Shown here in pieces: positions 60,900 through 64,000 of a stretch of 64,000 nt of DNA (within the stretch, counting starts at the first letter, position 1; each line of letters opens with the position of its first letter). This stretch comes from Sphagnum compactum (taxonomy: Eukaryota). The stretch spans positions 24,418,213 to 24,482,212 of the forward strand of contig OZ234493.1 in assembly GCA_965153455.1 (NCBI GenBank), read 5' to 3'. The notes beneath the pieces were generated by a model. The model had not been told where the DNA came from. It ran no database searches and saw only the letters and a list, made by a program, of their open reading frames with translations. The position numbers were made by a program, and so were the translations under genes.

Positions 60900-62302
60900 T
60901 GGCAATGTGTAATGAAGTTTGTGAAGAACTATCTAAGCATAATGTTAAGAAGAAGAAAAACTATATGATGGGTCAAGGAAATTTTAGGATGCTTGGACAT
61001 TGTGCCTACCATGGGTTGAATCCATGATCAATGAGAAGGATGGTGTAATCCACCAAGACAAATGTAAAATTTGCACACCTGTTGAAGGAAAAGAAAATCT
61101 TCTAGTTCTAAAGTTAAACAACTTGTTGAACATGCTAGATGTTGAAATATGCTTAATGTCTTAGCTAGGTGTTGATGTTGGAACTTGGTTCATACCATTT
61201 CAGCAAGAATTTAATGCATATGAAAATTGGGTGTGTACACACTATTGGTTCCCACCCTTCCATCCTAGACTAACTCCAAATTGATGTCCCTTTTGACCAA
61301 AAATGGACATATGTACGAAACTTTACTACAATCTATCAGATGCTAGCCCATGGGTGGCCTATGATTGATTATGAAGGCTTCCAAGCCTTATTCCAAATGC
61401 TTAAAATTAAAAAAATTGTGTTTAGAAAAATTTGGTTTGATATGTAAGGTTGGTGCATGGTAAATTTCATGCATATTGTTTTTTTGGAAGCTACTAATGA
61501 TGCATTTATTGAACTACCACTTTTATTGCCATTAATGCATATGAAGTTACAGCAATTCACAACACTCCAGTGGATTTCAATCCATTTATATGTGATACAA
61601 TGGTGGTAGAGGATTCCCATCCTCCTTTGTGTTGAAACAATTGATATGCCTTTCACAATTTATACTATTTTTGTTTTGATGGTTAAATCTTTGCATGACT
61701 TTCGTGGATTAAGACTAGAAGATTTGGGAGGAAAGATGGTCAATATGGGTTGCAATAGTAGCAACATCTTCTAAGGCAATCGAACTAGTGTCACATTGCA
61801 ATTTATAGAAAGTTGTTTTTTTTCTAATGGAGTTCATTGTTTTGCCCACAAAACAAATATGGCTATGTTCATTATTTTAGAACTAGATTTGGTATGTCAA
61901 CTTGAATCTCTATTGCAAAATTTGTATGCATTTTTGGTATATAACTTGAAGAAGTTTTTGGAATGTTAGAAGCTTGTTGACCTTATCAATGTTAAAGGCA
62001 ACAATTTATTGTGAAATGTCAAAACTTAATGGATTTCCATGCTCTTTCTAGCAAAGAAGGTGTATGCTAAATATTGCCCTTTGGTTGTCAAAATTCATCT
62101 TAAATCTACAGAGAGTGAGATTGCTTTGAAAAACCTAAATGCATTATGTGATGTTGGGTTCATTTTGGGGTTACCTTGTATCCTACCTTTCCTTAAGTGT
62201 GTGCATACATTGATAAAATTTGCACAAGGTAAGGGTGTGTTTGTTTATAATTTTGTGAACACTATCAAGTTGGCCCAGCAAGAGTTGTTTGAACTTTATT
62301 AA
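60900..62302 (+). mobile_element. Decayed hAT-type (ZNF862-like) transposase
   Basis: LPWVES..KCKIC..VEGKENLL; AYEVTA..QWISIHLYVIQWW*RIPILLCVE; GVHCFAHKTN (CxxH motif); LCDVGFILGLPCILP; colinear with the minus-strand relic at 19270-10065. Confidence 0.8.
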
Positions 62303-64000
62303 GACTCCTTTATTAAGTATGAATATCCAACAAATTATATTTTTTCCCAAGTTGATATACTCATCTATTTTTACCTTTTGTGGATCAAATTCTAAATTTT
62401 TAAGGTCATGGTAGGATTCTAGAATCATGGCACATGGTCTAGAATCTAAATGTTTCTTTATGTTTGTTGCAAAAAAAGGCCAATACTTTCATTTTGTTTC
62501 TAAATGATGATTTTGCAATTGATGAAGAAGAGGAATCAGAATTCGATTGATGCAAAGAATAGCAATGATGACTCATGAAGATTCAGGAAGCCAAAGCAAA
62601 GAATTTTTTATTAACCTTTATTTTTTATAAATGTGTTTTTTGCCCCACTCGGAGTCCAAAAGTTTTTGAATTTTTATGTTTTTGTTTGTTTTTGAACATG
62701 TGTGTTGATTGTGTTTCTAAGAATGATAATGCAACCAAAATATAAAATAGTAAGGTTTATTTTTCCTTTTCTTTTCATGGTTATGGTTTTACCCAAATTT
62801 TGAGGTGCATTATCTCTTTAGGGTGCAAGAAAGGCTTGAACTACAATGGGTAGCACACGCTTGGTGGTTGGGGTTCAAATCCCCTTCACTCAATTTAGGA
62901 TTTACATCGTCTTCATTCATGTATAGTTCTTATGATTAATAAGTCTAGTTAGAAGATTATTTTTTCAATTTCTCCTTTCCATCCATATGCCTTCTAGGTG
63001 AAAGCATGCTAAAGGTCTGCCACTTTTCACCAAAAAGGGTGATGTATAATGAATATCATAGTATGTAATAAATTAAAATCTTGATGACATCCTTTGGTTA
63101 CTCTAAACATAAGCAAAGAACTTTGGAATTTGCATGACAACATTTTAGAACTTAAAGTTCATTTTGAGTCAATTCTAATGGTTAGATGAAGAGGATTAGA
63201 TGAAATCAATGTGCATAAAATGCATAATTTACATTTTTTTGATGTCCATAAGGCCTCATGTTTGTGATTCATGAAACATTATCAAACAAAAGAAAATTGA
63301 AAAATAATGCAAAGCCATCTATAAAATCTCCACTTCATTCATATGGTAATTTTTTTTCTTTTAAAAAAAGATTATTATGCATTTATTGCTAAAAATGAAA
63401 AAAAAACACATTAAAAAACTTTCAATTTTTAAATGGTCCTAGATTTAATTGATGTATATCAATACCATTGACTATAAAAAAAAATTAATCCAAAAATTTC
63501 ACCTACAATCTAATTTTGAAATATACATGCAATTTTTCAAACTTTATGACGTGCATTATTTTGTTGAACAATTATATTCCATACATTCAAAATTTTCAAT
63601 GTTTTTTAGATTTAAAAAAAAATAATGGACTAACTTAAGTTTAAAGCTAATCAAATATATATAAAATTAAAAGAAATTTCAAAATGTGATATCCATATGT
63701 TACCAAAAAAAATAATTACAAAAATATTTGAACTTGTGACTACAATTTTGGAGGGACTTAATGTGCTTCCACCCTTCCATCCATATGCAATTGTAAAGTT
63801 TATTTTCTATTCCTAAACTTGTAAATTGTGACTTGTATCTTATATTAAGTGGTCACTAGTGAGGCTTACTCAAGTTTACGGTTGCAAAAAGTTTTGCTTG
63901 TATTAGCCTCTAGTTTGTGTTATATACCAAATCTACTCTTTGCAATAACCTTGTAGCCAAATATATGCAGTCTCATGCCAACTCACATGTCATCAATGTT

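Noticed and set aside
58490-62825. CACCCTAA...TTAGGGTG as termini of the hAT-type element
   Set aside because: Only an 8-bp match and no 8-bp TSD.

Overview
Eukaryotic land-plant genomic DNA, inferred to be a moss (Sphagnum-like repeat landscape). It holds three intact-looking multi-exon genes: a peroxisomal 4CL-like acyl-CoA ligase ending in SKL (602-4100, -), ERGIC3/Erv46 (22864-26950, +) and RETINOBLASTOMA-RELATED (30481-~38215, +). There is also a partial gene of unknown function (~46.3-47.3 kb). Transposons are abundant: a complete Ty3/Gypsy chromovirus with TSD, a solo LTR, a non-autonomous CACTA element, a TA-flanked MITE, several hAT-type transposase relics and a Helitron end. Two structures are not explained by the ORF track. 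(1) The RBR locus has an inverted, internally deleted, intron-retaining RBR pseudogene head-to-head with it across a promoter carrying two E2F sites. Both copies share a 66-nt stop-containing cassette with splice signals (candidate poison exon), and the last exon has a nonsense codon that a candidate new intron would remove. (2) A ~98% identical ~1-kb inverted repeat (52.2-58.2 kb) with inward-facing promoter-like arms brackets a decayed gene. All alignments and counts were made by eye; no databases were searched.
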